A stretch of DNA of 64,000 bases, taken from NCBI GenBank assembly GCA_046563655.1, contig CM102289.1:1178001-1242000 (forward strand), read 5' to 3'. Numbering within the stretch: the stretch's first letter is position 1; every line of letters begins with the position of its first letter. This document shows positions 11,376 to 22,818 of this stretch, one piece after another. Made by a program: the position numbers and the translations under genes. The DNA comes from Yuukianura sp. NJ FZ-2021 (taxonomy: Eukaryota). Below the pieces are notes generated by a model that was not told the origin of the DNA, searched no databases, and worked only from the letters and a program-made list of their open reading frames with translations.

Positions 11376-14300
11376 TGTAATATATGCATTCATGCATCTT
11401 TTTCTGTTCCTTTCTTACTGTCGTGTGAAATGCAATCTAAGCATCTTCACACCCTTGACACTTCTACAATGTCAATTGAGTTCTCTTAATTCGGAAATAA
11501 ATTAGTCACTCTGGTTTTGTAATTAGACGAGTAAAGTCTATCATACAAATGTTCTAGCAGAACATTACATTGGCGACGAGAGTGCTTTCCAGTTAAAGTA
11601 TTCCCCATTACATGTTGCCTGTGCCAAAACAACCCAAAGAGGAAAAGTCAGCAGATTACGCTGTACGCGAACGTATCATAACCATGACCTCCGCAACTGT
11701 TGGTGTCCTTCCTCCGTTTTGTGCAACCACGGACGATTTTGAAGACTGGATAATGATTTTCGAATCCTTTTTGTGTGCCAACGGCATTGACCCGACGAAG
11801 GATAGCCACAAGGCCCGTGCCAAGGGTGTTCTACTTTCGTCAGTTGGACTCCCCACTTTCTCTCTACTGTCAAGTTTAGTGTCTCCTAAAAAACCCACCG
11901 AAGTGGATCTCTCGATTCTCGTCGAGACCCTTCGTGTCCATTTCAAACCTCCTCCTAAGGCTTTGTCGGAAAGATTCAAATTTGCTTCGAGGAAACAACG
12001 GAATGGGGAAACGGCTTCCATGTTCCTAGCCGAATTACGTAAGTTAGCAGTAACATGTAAATTTGACACTGCTCTAGAGGATCGTCTCCGCGATCAATTC
12101 ATTTTTGGCCTCATCAACGAAGCTGCTCAGAAACGAATCTTGATTCGTGACGACAACCTCACCCTGTCGGATGCTTTGCAAGTAGCCACAGCCCAAGAAG
12201 CAGCTGAAGCCGGCACTTCGACCATACGAGAAACCAAGTCAGAGGTCAACTACACCTCTACTCGCGGTCGTGGGTCAGGTCCGCGTCCACCTTCCGGTCG
12301 TGGCCGAGGTGGCGGACAACACAATTCAAAACGCGGTGGGAAGAGTGCCCCGCCCAAGAAGAACCAATCCAACAACAGTTGCCCTAACTGCGGGTCAACT
12401 GAACACTTCAAGGCCAAGGACTGCCCCCACAAAGACGTTGTGTGTCATGGGTGTGGTAAAAAGGGCCATTTTAAAAAGTACTGTCGCAGTTTACCGAAAG
12501 CGACTAACGAGACACGAAATGTAGTTGAAGTGGACTACAACGTCTCAAATGTATTCACAATTTCCCAAGGAAATTCTGTTGATGCTGAATACATTGCAAA
12601 AGTCAAAATCAATGACTTTCTCCATGAAATGGAATTTGACAGTGGCTGTCGCCGGAGTCTCCTCAGTGAAAGTTTTTGGAGTGAAAGTTTAGGTTCTCCA
12701 CCGTTGCGAAAGTCAACCCAAGTGTTTCGGTCGTTCACAGATCACACTTTCAAACCCCGAGGGGATTTGGACGTTAAACTGACTTTCAATGGACAAACCA
12801 AGAATTATACATTCTGTGTAGTGAAAGGACGATCACTCTTCGGCAGAGATCTGATCCGGTTGTTTAAATTGAACCTTTCACTTTCACCCAAGTGTAATAG
12901 TGTGTCCCCAGTGCCCACACTCAAGTCTCTCCTTGCAGAGTTCTCAGACATTTTCTTACCCCCAAGTGGCACAATTCAAAATTTTAAAGCCAAAGTCACG
13001 CTGAAGGAAGATGCTACCCCGCGATTCCTCAAGGCCAGACCAATCCCTTTTGCCCTACGAGCAAAAGTGGACATGGAACTCGACAGAATGGAGAAATCTG
13101 GTGTTATTTCTCGCATTGACCATTCAGAGTGGGCGTCTCCACTCGTGGTAGTTCCAAAGGCCAATGGGAGAGTGCGTATCACAGGTGATTTTAAACATAC
13201 AGTGAACTCCCAACTCCACGTCAACCAGTACCCACTGCAAAGGGTTGATGACCTTTTGACCTTGATTTCGGGTGGTTCGACTTTCTCGCGTCTCGACGGT
13301 CCAGACGCCTTTCACCAGCTTCAGTTGGATGAGTCCAGCAGAAAGTTTTTGGTGATTAACACACATAAAGGTTTGTATCAGTATAATGTGTTGCCACAAG
13401 GAATTGCATCATCGCCCGCCATATTTCAAGAGTTTATGGACGAACTTTTGAAGGGAATACCGATGACAGGCTCTTTTATGGACGATTCGTTGACCAGTGG
13501 TGCCACCGACAGTGACCATATCAAGAATCTTGAACAAATTTTTCTGCGCATGCGCACGGCAAACTACAAACTTGCCATGTCAAAGTGTCAGTTTCTTCAA
13601 AAATCACTTGATTTTATGGGCTTTGTGCTTAACCAGAACGGTGTTTCCACTTCCCCAGAGAAAGTGAAAGCCCTCAATTCTATTCAACGTCCCACTTCAG
13701 TGACGGAAGTGCGTTCGTTTATGGGACTTGTGAATTTCTACGGACGTTTTGTTCCTGGACTTTCACACATTAGTGCTCCCTTGTACCGATTGACTCAGAA
13801 GGATGTCGTGTTCAAATGGGATCAAGCCTGTGACCGTGCTTTCTCCCAAGTGAAAGTGGCCCTGTCCAAGTCACCAGTGCTTGCCCATCACACCCCCTCA
13901 CTCCCCATAGGCATAAGTTGTGACGCTTCACCTATCGGACTAGGAGTTGTACTCTTTCACCGTTTCCCAGACAACACGGAACGCCCGATCGCATTCGCGT
14001 CTAAGCTGCTTTCTCCGACGGAACGTCGCTACGCACAAATAGAACGTGAAGCCCTGGCGATTGTGTTTGGTGTCAAAAAGTTTCATCAGTTTTTGTGTGG
14101 TCGTTCGTTTCAAATTATAACCGACCACCAGCCCCTACTTTCGATCCTTGGACCCGGATCGCCCGTTCCGAGTTTCACTGCAACTCGAATTCAGAAGTGG
14201 ACTCTGTTTTTAAGTCAGTTCGCTTTCACCATGGACTATCGCCGCACCACCGATCACGGCAACGCCGATGCATTTTCCCGGCACCCGTCGACCGATCCGA

Positions 14301-15527
14301 CCGAGCTCGATCCGACCACCGAAGCTGAGGTGAATCTCATCAGTGCCCAAACCATGGAACATTTACCGGTGGATAGCAAAACAGTCCGAACTGCGACGGG
14401 GAAGGATCCCATCCTTGCAGCCGTCCTTCGCAAAATTATTGATGGTTGGTCCCCGACCCCACCATCCAAAACCGATCCACTATTTCCGTTCTACGGTCGT
14501 CGTGCTGAGTTGACCCTAGTTCAAGACGTGATTCTCTGGGGTCGTCGGATCGTCATACCCAGCTCGTTACGCACCCGGATTATGGCGAACCTCCACGAGA
14601 CTCATGCTGGAATAGTGCGCATGAAATCCATTGCCCGCCAACATGTCTGGTGGCCTGGGATTGATTCGGAGATCGAAGACGCTTGTCGGTCATGCAACTT
14701 CTGCATCCAGCGCCGTCCGAATCCGCCGTCCGCGCCGCTACACCCATGGGAATTCCCTGAAAGGCCGTGGCAGCGTCTGCACATTGACCTCGCCGGTCCG
14801 TTCAAAAACAAGATGTGGCTCGTCATAGTTGATGCCCACTCCAAATGGCCGGAAATTTTTTCCCTCGGAAACAACTCTACTTCGGGATCGGTCATTTCCC
14901 GAATTCTGGAATGCATCGGTCGATTCGGACTTCCGGATCAAATAGTCTCCGACAACGGTCCGCAGTTTACTTCCTACGAATTTAAGTCCTTTTGTCGTCA
15001 AAATGGTATTAGGCACTCCACGAGTACCGTATATCACCCCCGCTCCAACGGCGAGGCGGAACGATTTATTCAAACATTTAAATCCTCCTTATCTGGTTTC
15101 AATGGGGATTTAACCACACCATTGCAAAGGTTCTTGTTCCGGTACCGTATCACACCGCACCCTACAACGGGCGCAGCTCCTTGCGAACTCCTTCAAAACC
15201 GACCGCTCCGAAACACACTGCACCTGCTGCATCCGGATTCCGCTCTGACTGCGTCCCGCGCTCAAGCTCACCAAAAGGAGTGTTTTGACCCACACGCCAG
15301 AGATCGGCAATTCGGTATTGATCAAAAGGTTTGGGTCCGAACCTTTTCCAAAAACGAACCGACTGTCTTTTCTTACTGTCGTGTGAAATGCAATCTAAGC
15401 ATCTTCACACCCTTGACACTTCTACAATGTCAATTGAGTTCTCTTAATTTGGAAATAAATTAGTCACCCTGTTTTTGTAATTAGACGAGTAAAGTCTATC
15501 ATACAAATGTTCTAGCAGAACATTACA
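11376..15527 (+). mobile_element. Ty3/Gypsy LTR retrotransposon, Mag-like
   Basis: 5' LTR 11376-11569 (TGTAA...TTACA), PBS TGGCGACGAG at 11571-11580, 5'-truncated 3' LTR about 15363-15527, and 5-bp TSD ACTGG (11371-11375, 15528-15532). Confidence 0.97.
11612..15463 (+). CDS. Gag-Pol polyprotein (Gag with two CCHC knuckles, PR, RT, RNase H, IN)
   Basis: LRDQFIFG, CPNCGSTEH/CHGCGKKGH, FDSG protease, WASPLVVVPK, LPQGIASSP, FMDD, CDAS...YAQIEREALAI, HHCC plus LHIDLAGP...IVSDNGPQF...SNGEAER. Domain order is PR-RT-RH-IN. Confidence 0.96.
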   Translation: MLPVPKQPKEEKSADYAVRERIITMTSATVGVLPPFCATTDDFEDWIMIFESFLCANGIDPTKDSHKARAKGVLLSSVGLPTFSLLSSLVSPKKPTEVDLSILVETLRVHFKPPPKALSERFKFASRKQRNGETASMFLAELRKLAVTCKFDTALEDRLRDQFIFGLINEAAQKRILIRDDNLTLSDALQVATAQEAAEAGTSTIRETKSEVNYTSTRGRGSGPRPPSGRGRGGGQHNSKRGGKSAPPKKNQSNNSCPNCGSTEHFKAKDCPHKDVVCHGCGKKGHFKKYCRSLPKATNETRNVVEVDYNVSNVFTISQGNSVDAEYIAKVKINDFLHEMEFDSGCRRSLLSESFWSESLGSPPLRKSTQVFRSFTDHTFKPRGDLDVKLTFNGQTKNYTFCVVKGRSLFGRDLIRLFKLNLSLSPKCNSVSPVPTLKSLLAEFSDIFLPPSGTIQNFKAKVTLKEDATPRFLKARPIPFALRAKVDMELDRMEKSGVISRIDHSEWASPLVVVPKANGRVRITGDFKHTVNSQLHVNQYPLQRVDDLLTLISGGSTFSRLDGPDAFHQLQLDESSRKFLVINTHKGLYQYNVLPQGIASSPAIFQEFMDELLKGIPMTGSFMDDSLTSGATDSDHIKNLEQIFLRMRTANYKLAMSKCQFLQKSLDFMGFVLNQNGVSTSPEKVKALNSIQRPTSVTEVRSFMGLVNFYGRFVPGLSHISAPLYRLTQKDVVFKWDQACDRAFSQVKVALSKSPVLAHHTPSLPIGISCDASPIGLGVVLFHRFPDNTERPIAFASKLLSPTERRYAQIEREALAIVFGVKKFHQFLCGRSFQIITDHQPLLSILGPGSPVPSFTATRIQKWTLFLSQFAFTMDYRRTTDHGNADAFSRHPSTDPTELDPTTEAEVNLISAQTMEHLPVDSKTVRTATGKDPILAAVLRKIIDGWSPTPPSKTDPLFPFYGRRAELTLVQDVILWGRRIVIPSSLRTRIMANLHETHAGIVRMKSIARQHVWWPGIDSEIEDACRSCNFCIQRRPNPPSAPLHPWEFPERPWQRLHIDLAGPFKNKMWLVIVDAHSKWPEIFSLGNNSTSGSVISRILECIGRFGLPDQIVSDNGPQFTSYEFKSFCRQNGIRHSTSTVYHPRSNGEAERFIQTFKSSLSGFNGDLTTPLQRFLFRYRITPHPTTGAAPCELLQNRPLRNTLHLLHPDSALTASRAQAHQKECFDPHARDRQFGIDQKVWVRTFSKNEPTVFSYCRVKCNLSIFTPLTLLQCQLSSLNLEIN

Positions 15528-17626
15528 ACTGGTTTTTTAACTTGTGATGGCATCAGTGATTGGCTTTCTTTTGAAATATATGCAAAACCATATAAGAGTT
15601 ACGCATGGGGTGCAATATTAGGAACAGGCGTTTTGTTAATATGTTTTGTTACTGTGGTAACTCCTCACCTAAACTTATTAGTTTGTTTGGATATTGGATT
15701 TTTATTTTTCGGAAGTTTGATGGATGTTTTTCCTAAAACACAAAATACTACACGAAATCGTGTTATTCCTGTAATTAGTTTGTGGATGTTGTTAACTATA
15801 ATCCTTACTAATGCATACAAGGGAGTAGTAGTTTCTTATTTAACTAAGTCAAAACCAGTTACAGGAGCATATGAAAATTTCAATCAGTTGGAGAACTTCG
15901 TCGTACTAACAATGCCCCATCTAGCTACGCGTGATTACTTCGTCGGCATATTAAATGAGCCTAGATGTTCTGGCACCCCAGAAGTGCAGAACCTCTTTTA
16001 CTGTGAATGTAAAAATGTGCAGGAATATGGAGAAAATTATGAATGGGATATATGCAAAATTGGGATTACTGAAAATGTTGCCTACAAGCGCATAGTAAGT
16101 TTCACCAAATCGGACAGTTTCCAATGCCTGGAGGCATCAACACCCTATTGCCGGGATTTTTATGAACATTTTAGCATAGATAAATGGAGAATCAATAAAA
16201 GTGAGGTAGACGAGACAAACGTAAGGGACAAATTTCCCAACGAATTTATACTTGCTGAATTTCACGTGTTGTCAAAAGTCAATAATTTTCAACCAGACGA
16301 CCTTGAACTTCAAAGACTTTTACAAATTCTGTCCATTTGCACCAAGATAGCCATGTTTGGACCGGATGAAACTTTAAATATGCTTTTGGCATACCATGAA
16401 AATAAAGTAGGACATGGAGATGGAGATTCACATACTGCTGGACACAAGACAGTCCACTTCCGTAAAGGAACTCAAACATTTGGTAAATTTCCGCTTGGCT
16501 ACGAGTTAGTTGAGCGACATCAATACACAGGATTACAACAACTCATGCACTCTGGAATTTATCAATTGTGGCAAAAGTGGTTCCACATCACTACACCTTC
16601 TGGAACCGATAAAATTATGAATGAACACGAAAAAACAAAATTGCTGAACCAAGGACCGAAACAACTAAAACTAACAGGAAACTTTATGACAACTTTTTAT
16701 TTGATTTTTTGTTGTATGTGTGCTATATGTAGTATAGTATTCATTTATGAAATACGAACACTAATTTATATTTGGATGATTGATGCCAAAAATGCCTACT
16801 GTCGGTTGAAAGTTACCATTTCAAGTTATGTAAACCTAGAAAGACGAAAACTTTAAAGTTTCCTTCGTTGCCTACAAACCTTAATACTTAAACTACAATA
16901 CTTAATGTAGAAATAATATATTAAAAACTAAATACGTCTAGTGTACACAGAAACCCTCACTTTCATAGTAACAATTTCAATTTACTTGTTGGGAACATTT
17001 TAATAGAAATTGTTACTACGACTAATTGGAATTACAAAAGTTGTAAAGTTATTAAGGATGGAGTAACTGTAAAAGCGGTTGGTTTTAATTTGCAATAAAA
17101 TAAAATAAAGCAACACTCACGCCTGTCAAGTGTCGTCGATAAAAAAATGGAATTAAAGTTTCAAGGAAAATTCAGTGTTTCTGCTCAATTTGACATCTGA
17201 AAACTTGTATTATTGCAAAATATCTCTATTTTATACCATCTTTCAATTTGGCAGAACAAGAAATTGCTGTGCAGCTTGAAAGTTTGCGTTTTTGTCTATT
17301 TTTGAAATACTAGGAAACGGTATAGAACATTCAATGAAGGTTCAAAATAACCACGCACATGAGGATGTTTTCATTATTAAATATTTTCCAGTTCCAGAAT
17401 TTTTTCTTCTATTTAGGAAGTAAAACAATGTCAAAACATTGATGATCAAAAATTTTTATTTCAAGTTTTTCAAATTTTTGAACAACAATTTGAAAGCTTT
17501 GTTTTTAGTCACTATCCGGGAAGGGGAAAATGAACCTTATCGACCTCGACTTGCTAAAATTTGAACATGAAAAATTACTTTTTAAAATGAATTCAAGACA
17601 AATCATGAAAATTTTGAAAAGGCACC

Positions 17627-19739
17627 TTATGCAAGCGAAACTGCATGAGCCGGTTTTCCTTCACTGAAAATTCTCACACAAATTTTGAATTCCTGTCCAG
17701 TTGTCATGGCGCTGGGAACAATCAAGTATTTTCCCGCCTTCAACACGTAGTACTCACTCATACTGTTGAAATTTGCAATTGGAGCTTCCTTCTTCCCCTC
17801 GGGGAAAATTTCATTGCCCCAATTCTTCTGGAAGAACTTTTTGTCAAAAACGGTCTCATTTTTCACCTGAAATGACAAAAAAAAAAATTAAATTTTCAAA
17901 ATTTTATATAGAAAATTTTGAAATTTACTGGAAACACTCGAATTGTGAATCCATCGCCCACGTCCTTCCACAACTTTTGTTGTATAAGCGTTCCAACGAT
18001 CAGCAGTCCCTTTTCCGTTTCCGGAGTCATTTCGACCAAAAATGCCGGATTTTCCCACAAGTTGTCTAAAGTTGGAAATTCAAAAGTTCAAAATTTGGAA
18101 AAAGAGTTTGAAATTTGTTTTCTGGGAAGCTTGGGCGGGAATTTTTGCAAAATCTCAACTTACCCCAACCGCCCGCTGTTTTCTTGGCTACGCTCCACTC
18201 AGTATGGAACTCAGCGTAGCTGTTCTTGGCGCCTGCGTGGTTGACCGTTTTCGAATCAAAGTACCAACATGACGAAATGTCTTCGAAGTACGTCTTAAAA
18301 TCTTCGTAACTGATCCAGAATTCGCCTTCATCTTTGTTGATATGCTCCATTTCTCTCTTTTGCTTTTCGTTCACTTCTTTCCACTTTGGTGAACTGTCGC
18401 CCCAATCGCCTTTCCACTCTTCTTTTCCCCACGGATTGCGCATGCGCAGTAAATTGTATTTGTTGCCATTTTCGGTTGTTACCACCCTGGCTCCAGTTAC
18501 AGAGTAAGCATGGTTGGTAACAATGTTAAATTTCTGTATCCAAAAAAAGTTTACAAAAAAATGTTTTTCAAAATTTCATTTTGAGACACTACGTTAGCTT
18601 CGGTTTTCGTTCCAGCTCCAAGCACGCAGCTACGATCAATCCACTTGACGATTGTTTCAAAAAAGTCGTCCGGAACTTCTCCTTTTTTCAAAGGCATGCT
18701 TTGACCAAATCCACCAATCAGAGCCTCCAGGGCATACATAACGGAGTTTCCAGAAATATGGGAGTAGTCTCCAATCAACCTAAAAAGTTACAAAATTTTC
18801 AATTTTTTGAAATTTTTCAGTCCTTTAGTTCAAATTCTGAAAATGTATCCGTACTTGGCAAATGCCTTCTCGAGCAAAATTGGCCAAAATTCGGCTTTTT
18901 CATTGTCTGGATAAAAATTGCTTGCAATTGCCCAAGTTTTTTTATCCGTTACGACGCAAGGCAAGTAGTCGTCCACAACGACGTCAACCCAGGATCCCTG
19001 GTACCAAAATCTGCCAAAATGCAAAAAAGTAAAATAAAATTTTCAAACTTTTATAAAATTTTGAAATGTACCTAAAATGGTAGACTCCTTCGTCATTGGT
19101 TTGATTGTCATCAGGAACCACAAAGGAAATTAATTCCGGAACCATTGAAACAGCAGAAATTGAGCACAAAAACCAACAGTCGCCAACCGCTCCCTGCTGA
19201 ACGTCGTTTCGAGCAATCGTTTTTCCAATTTCGCCGCAACTGAAACAAGGTACGTTCTTGTCTCCGTACACCTTTTTACAAACGTCCTGTTTTTCAAAAT
19301 TTCAAAAAAGAAATTAAAATTTTGAAGCTTAAGTCCTGATAAACATCTGATTCAAGCTAACCGCAATTCGTAGCCACGCTGCAGTTCCGTTCCATCCTTC
19401 ACTTTTCCACCTTTGAAAGCTTTTAGCGCTTTCGGGATTGGCGATGTCAAAAAGTTCGGCGTAGTCGCCAACTGAAGTGTCGTCGTGGAGGAATTCGGGA
19501 TCTTTGAAATGCGAACCGCGGGATTTTTTCAAAATGTCGTGAAAAACCTGTGCACGGTGCTCGTGGCTCTTGAGGTCAGTGATTTTTTCCAACTCGGGAT
19601 CTCCATACTACAAAATCATGATAATGAAGTACAATAAAATAATATATTTCATAAAAGTGACCTTTGTTAAATATTTTAAAAGAGGTATAATTGGAGTTAC
19701 ATAGTAGACGGGTTTCCCTTTCACAGTATATGGCGCCAT
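17627..19739 (-). CDS. Second non-classical calpain paralog (CysPc plus short domain III), 8 exons
   Basis: [14 protein letters not shown] and RMRNPWG. Same exon structure as 5901-9472, starting [13 protein letters not shown]. Confidence 0.92.
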
Positions 19740-20556
19740 TTTTAAAAATTTGAAAATACGAAAGTCCACTATTTTTGAAAAATCGAGCTTGACGTATTTA
19801 AAGGTTCAAGGCGGAAACCGCCACGCGGCGGTTTTTTGATCACGGCGTGCTTCAATTGGCTAATCAGGGTAGACCGCTAATTACGAAAAATTGTTTTGAA
19901 ATTATAGCGGGTGTTTTCAAATTTGGTCTTTGCAAATTTGGTTTTTTGATTTTGGTTTTGTGCAGGAAATGGTAACCCAAGGTCAGTTGACCTCCGATAT
20001 AGTAATTTGGAGCAAGGAAAATAACCAATGGGCATATAAAAGTGATGGAAAAAAGCGTTGATTGCATACAAGGTCACTAGAAAAACAGCTAAAAACTACA
20101 ACTGCCGAACCAACAATCTACAACTATGAATTCAAAAAGGCGGATTTAATGTGTGTTGATCAAGAATAGCGGTCAACTTAGCAATTACTGGTTGAGTAAT
20201 GACACTATTTGCTTCTATTAGAGTAGTTTATTTTTAATTTTTTTAATTTTTATATTTTTATAATTTATAATTTTTAATTAGTAGTATTGTAGATTCCATA
20301 AGATCAAAAACTTCTTCATCGAGCATAATGACCATAATATTGCAAATTCTAAAAAATAAAATAAAACTTGTGGTTAAACCTTGTTAATTAAACCAGCTCA
20401 CTGATTCTGTTGCCACATCGGATACGAACTAGTTGTTGCCACCGCGAATCGAATTAACGATTTTTAATTATTGGTGAAAGGTAGATTAACATCAAATTTC
20501 CTAGGTAATGTTCTAGTACCGTTGTTACAGCGGTTTCAACTAATTATAAAGTCAAG

Positions 20557-22818
20557 TTACATTGCAAGGATAAGAGTGATGACATTTTGGAGTACAATGT
20601 CTCCATAAATTGTGAGAAGATAAGCTTTGGTGTCCAACACAAATTGTTCTCCAACTTTGAGTTCAATTGGTTTCCTTGAGATCCAAAATTTTTTGGAGAA
20701 TGGCGTAGAGTTGCGCAACATACATTTGCCAGCACTGATACACTTGATAGAATGATTCCATGTGAAATGGCCAAAACAATTTGGCCAAAAGTGAAATGAT
20801 CAGAGGTGAAAAGGCCAGAAGTGAAATGGCCAAAAAGTGAAAATATCAGAATTGAAATGGCCAAAAAGTGAAAAGGCCAAAATCTAAAAACGCCAAAAAG
20901 AAAATGGCCAAAAAGTGAAATGACCAAAAAGTGAAAACGCCAAAAAGTGAAAAGGCCAAAATATGAAAAGGCCAAAAAGTAAAAAGACCAGAATTAGGAA
21001 AAAAAATACCTTCAGTGGGTAACTCGGTTTTCTACATTTTTTAAATACAAATATGACCCCCTGCCACGAAAATACTAATTTTTTTGCGATCTGCTTGAAA
21101 TATTTCAAATTTTTAGAAGATGTAAAAAATGGGAAAATATTCCATGTTAACTTTTTCTAAACAAACAAATCCCATTTTTTGAAAGTTAACCAAATCTAAC
21201 CTAAATACTATAACAAAATTGCTTAAGCACTTAAAAACGTAACCTAACCTAACAAAATATAAGCTAAGACATATTTTGAGAAAAAATTAACGTGTGACCT
21301 TATAGCGAAATTGCATTTTTCACAATTTTCCGAAAATTCAAAATTTTTGAGAACGGGCCAAAAAAAAAATTTTTCATAGTCAGGGGGTCTTATTCGCAAA
21401 TAAAAATAAAAATAAAAAAAATGCGAGTAACCCACTGAAATTAATTTTTTCCTAATTCTGGTCTTTTCACTTTTTGGCCTTTTCATATTTTGGCCTTTTC
21501 ACTTTTTGGCGTTTTCACTTTTTGGTCATTTCACTTTTTGGCCATTTTCTTTTTGGCGTTTTTAGATTTTGGCCTTTTCACTTTTTGGCCATTTCAATTC
21601 TGATATTTTCACTTTTTGGCCATTTCACTTCTGGCCTTTTCACCTCTGATCATTTCACTTTTGGCCAAATTGTTTTGACCATTTCACCTGCTACGGATAG
21701 AATTGACGTGACAGAGAACAGCTAAACTGATTGCTTCCGTAAGTACAAACACAATTACTATGGTAGCCAACATAAAAAATAAAAGGATAACAAGATACCG
21801 CAGATTGAGCAATTTGACAAAAGTATAACAAAATGTTATGAGTACTATAATTGCAGTGTACAAAACAAATAACACGACGCCTGCAAATACGTCGTTTCCA
21901 AACTTGTTCATAACTTGGTGACATGCGAATATAGATCTCTGCTCTGCCAGCCTTGACTCCTCTTCCATAGTTTTACTATCCAGACAACAAATTGTGATTT
22001 GTAATTGATTGAAAAGTTAAAATTTAATTTGAATTACCTCAATTTTTGAAGCCAAAGACGTGTTCCATTGGTGTATATTAGGACACAATAAGCAAAGAGG
22101 AGCACAGAATAAACTCCGTTGATATATGCCAGAGAGTAGAGTACCGTTACGATTGAACTTACTATTGTAACAATAATTCTACTAGGATCTACTCCAAAAC
22201 AATACAGCAAAGTTGTTTGAAATATGAGATAATTTGCTTGACTTATTTTGTTGTCCATTAATATAGAGAACGTTATTACTGCCGGTATTAAAAGTATTCG
22301 GCTACAAATAAATATCCCGAATATTGATTTTAACACAACTTCATACCCATCCTTTTCCTCCGAATTTAGTGAAACCTTGTAAGATTTGACTAAAAACAGC
22401 AAAATTAACGTAGATTTAAAAAAAATTGTTATATTGCCTGTAAATATGGATGAAGAAACTCACGAAGTCCATTATTGAATTTTATGAATGTTGACAATAT
22501 TGATAAAATTGAATCCCTGAATGTAAAATGCCAAAGTTGCATACCACACCACAGTATGGTGACAGCAATTAGTCCAATCATAAACACCAACTCCGCGTTT
22601 TCACAGCGCAGAAGTACAGCAGCAGCAGTAAAGAGTAGAGCAGCGACGCAATTCCATACAACACTCACTGCAGTAAGTGCATTGGAAATATTTGTGTTGT
22701 TACTTTTAATTGTAACTAACTCTTTGCCTTGCTGTACAATTTTAAAATTGTAAGCATTCCATTTCCAACCTTCCTGAAATAATTTTAGTGCATATTTCCA
22801 GGTTGTTTCTGATAACAT
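20557..22818 (-). pseudogene. Gustatory-receptor-like gene whose last exon is interrupted by a foldback element
   Basis: Exons 22818-22464, 22389-22038, 21975-21696 plus 20745-20557 give 391 aa ending HVNSI|KCISAG...KKFWISRKPIELKVGEQF...IVLQNVITLILAM*. Confidence 0.82.
20754..21695. mobile_element. Foldback-type non-autonomous DNA transposon, 942 bp, 8-bp TSD
   Basis: About 250 bp of near-identical inverted arms built from ~15-bp subrepeats (GGCCAAAAAGTGAAA). TSD GATAGAAT at 20746-20753 and 21696-21703. Confidence 0.92.

Larger units (their letters stand above)
10243..16856 (+). pseudogene. Intronless IR-like (iGluR superfamily) chemoreceptor interrupted by an LTR retrotransposon
   Basis: Removing 11376-15532 restores one 818-aa ORF (KYETTG|FLTCDGISDWLSFEIYAKPY...LTNAYKGVVVSYLT) collinear with the paralog at 33136-35562. 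Confidence 0.88.

Noticed and set aside
11656..15325. Antisense and alternate-frame ORFs within the retrotransposon
   Set aside because: They are shadow ORFs of the GC-richer gag-pol sequence. No env-like gene was seen.
19815..19834. Hairpin AAACCGCC-ACGC-GGCGGTTT plus T-run resembling a bacterial terminator
   Set aside because: It lies in a eukaryotic upstream region, is a single occurrence and has no counterpart at the calpain paralog.
21195..21255. CCTAA/TTAGG telomere-like motifs (also near 60241 and 63568)
   Set aside because: Only 2-3 units each. The copy here is internal to a transposon and none form telomeric arrays.
20544..21725. Twin ORFs MAFSYFGLFTFWRF... and a CRISPR-like periodic array
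   Set aside because: These are the inverted arms of the foldback element. There are no unique spacers and no cas genes, and the context is eukaryotic.
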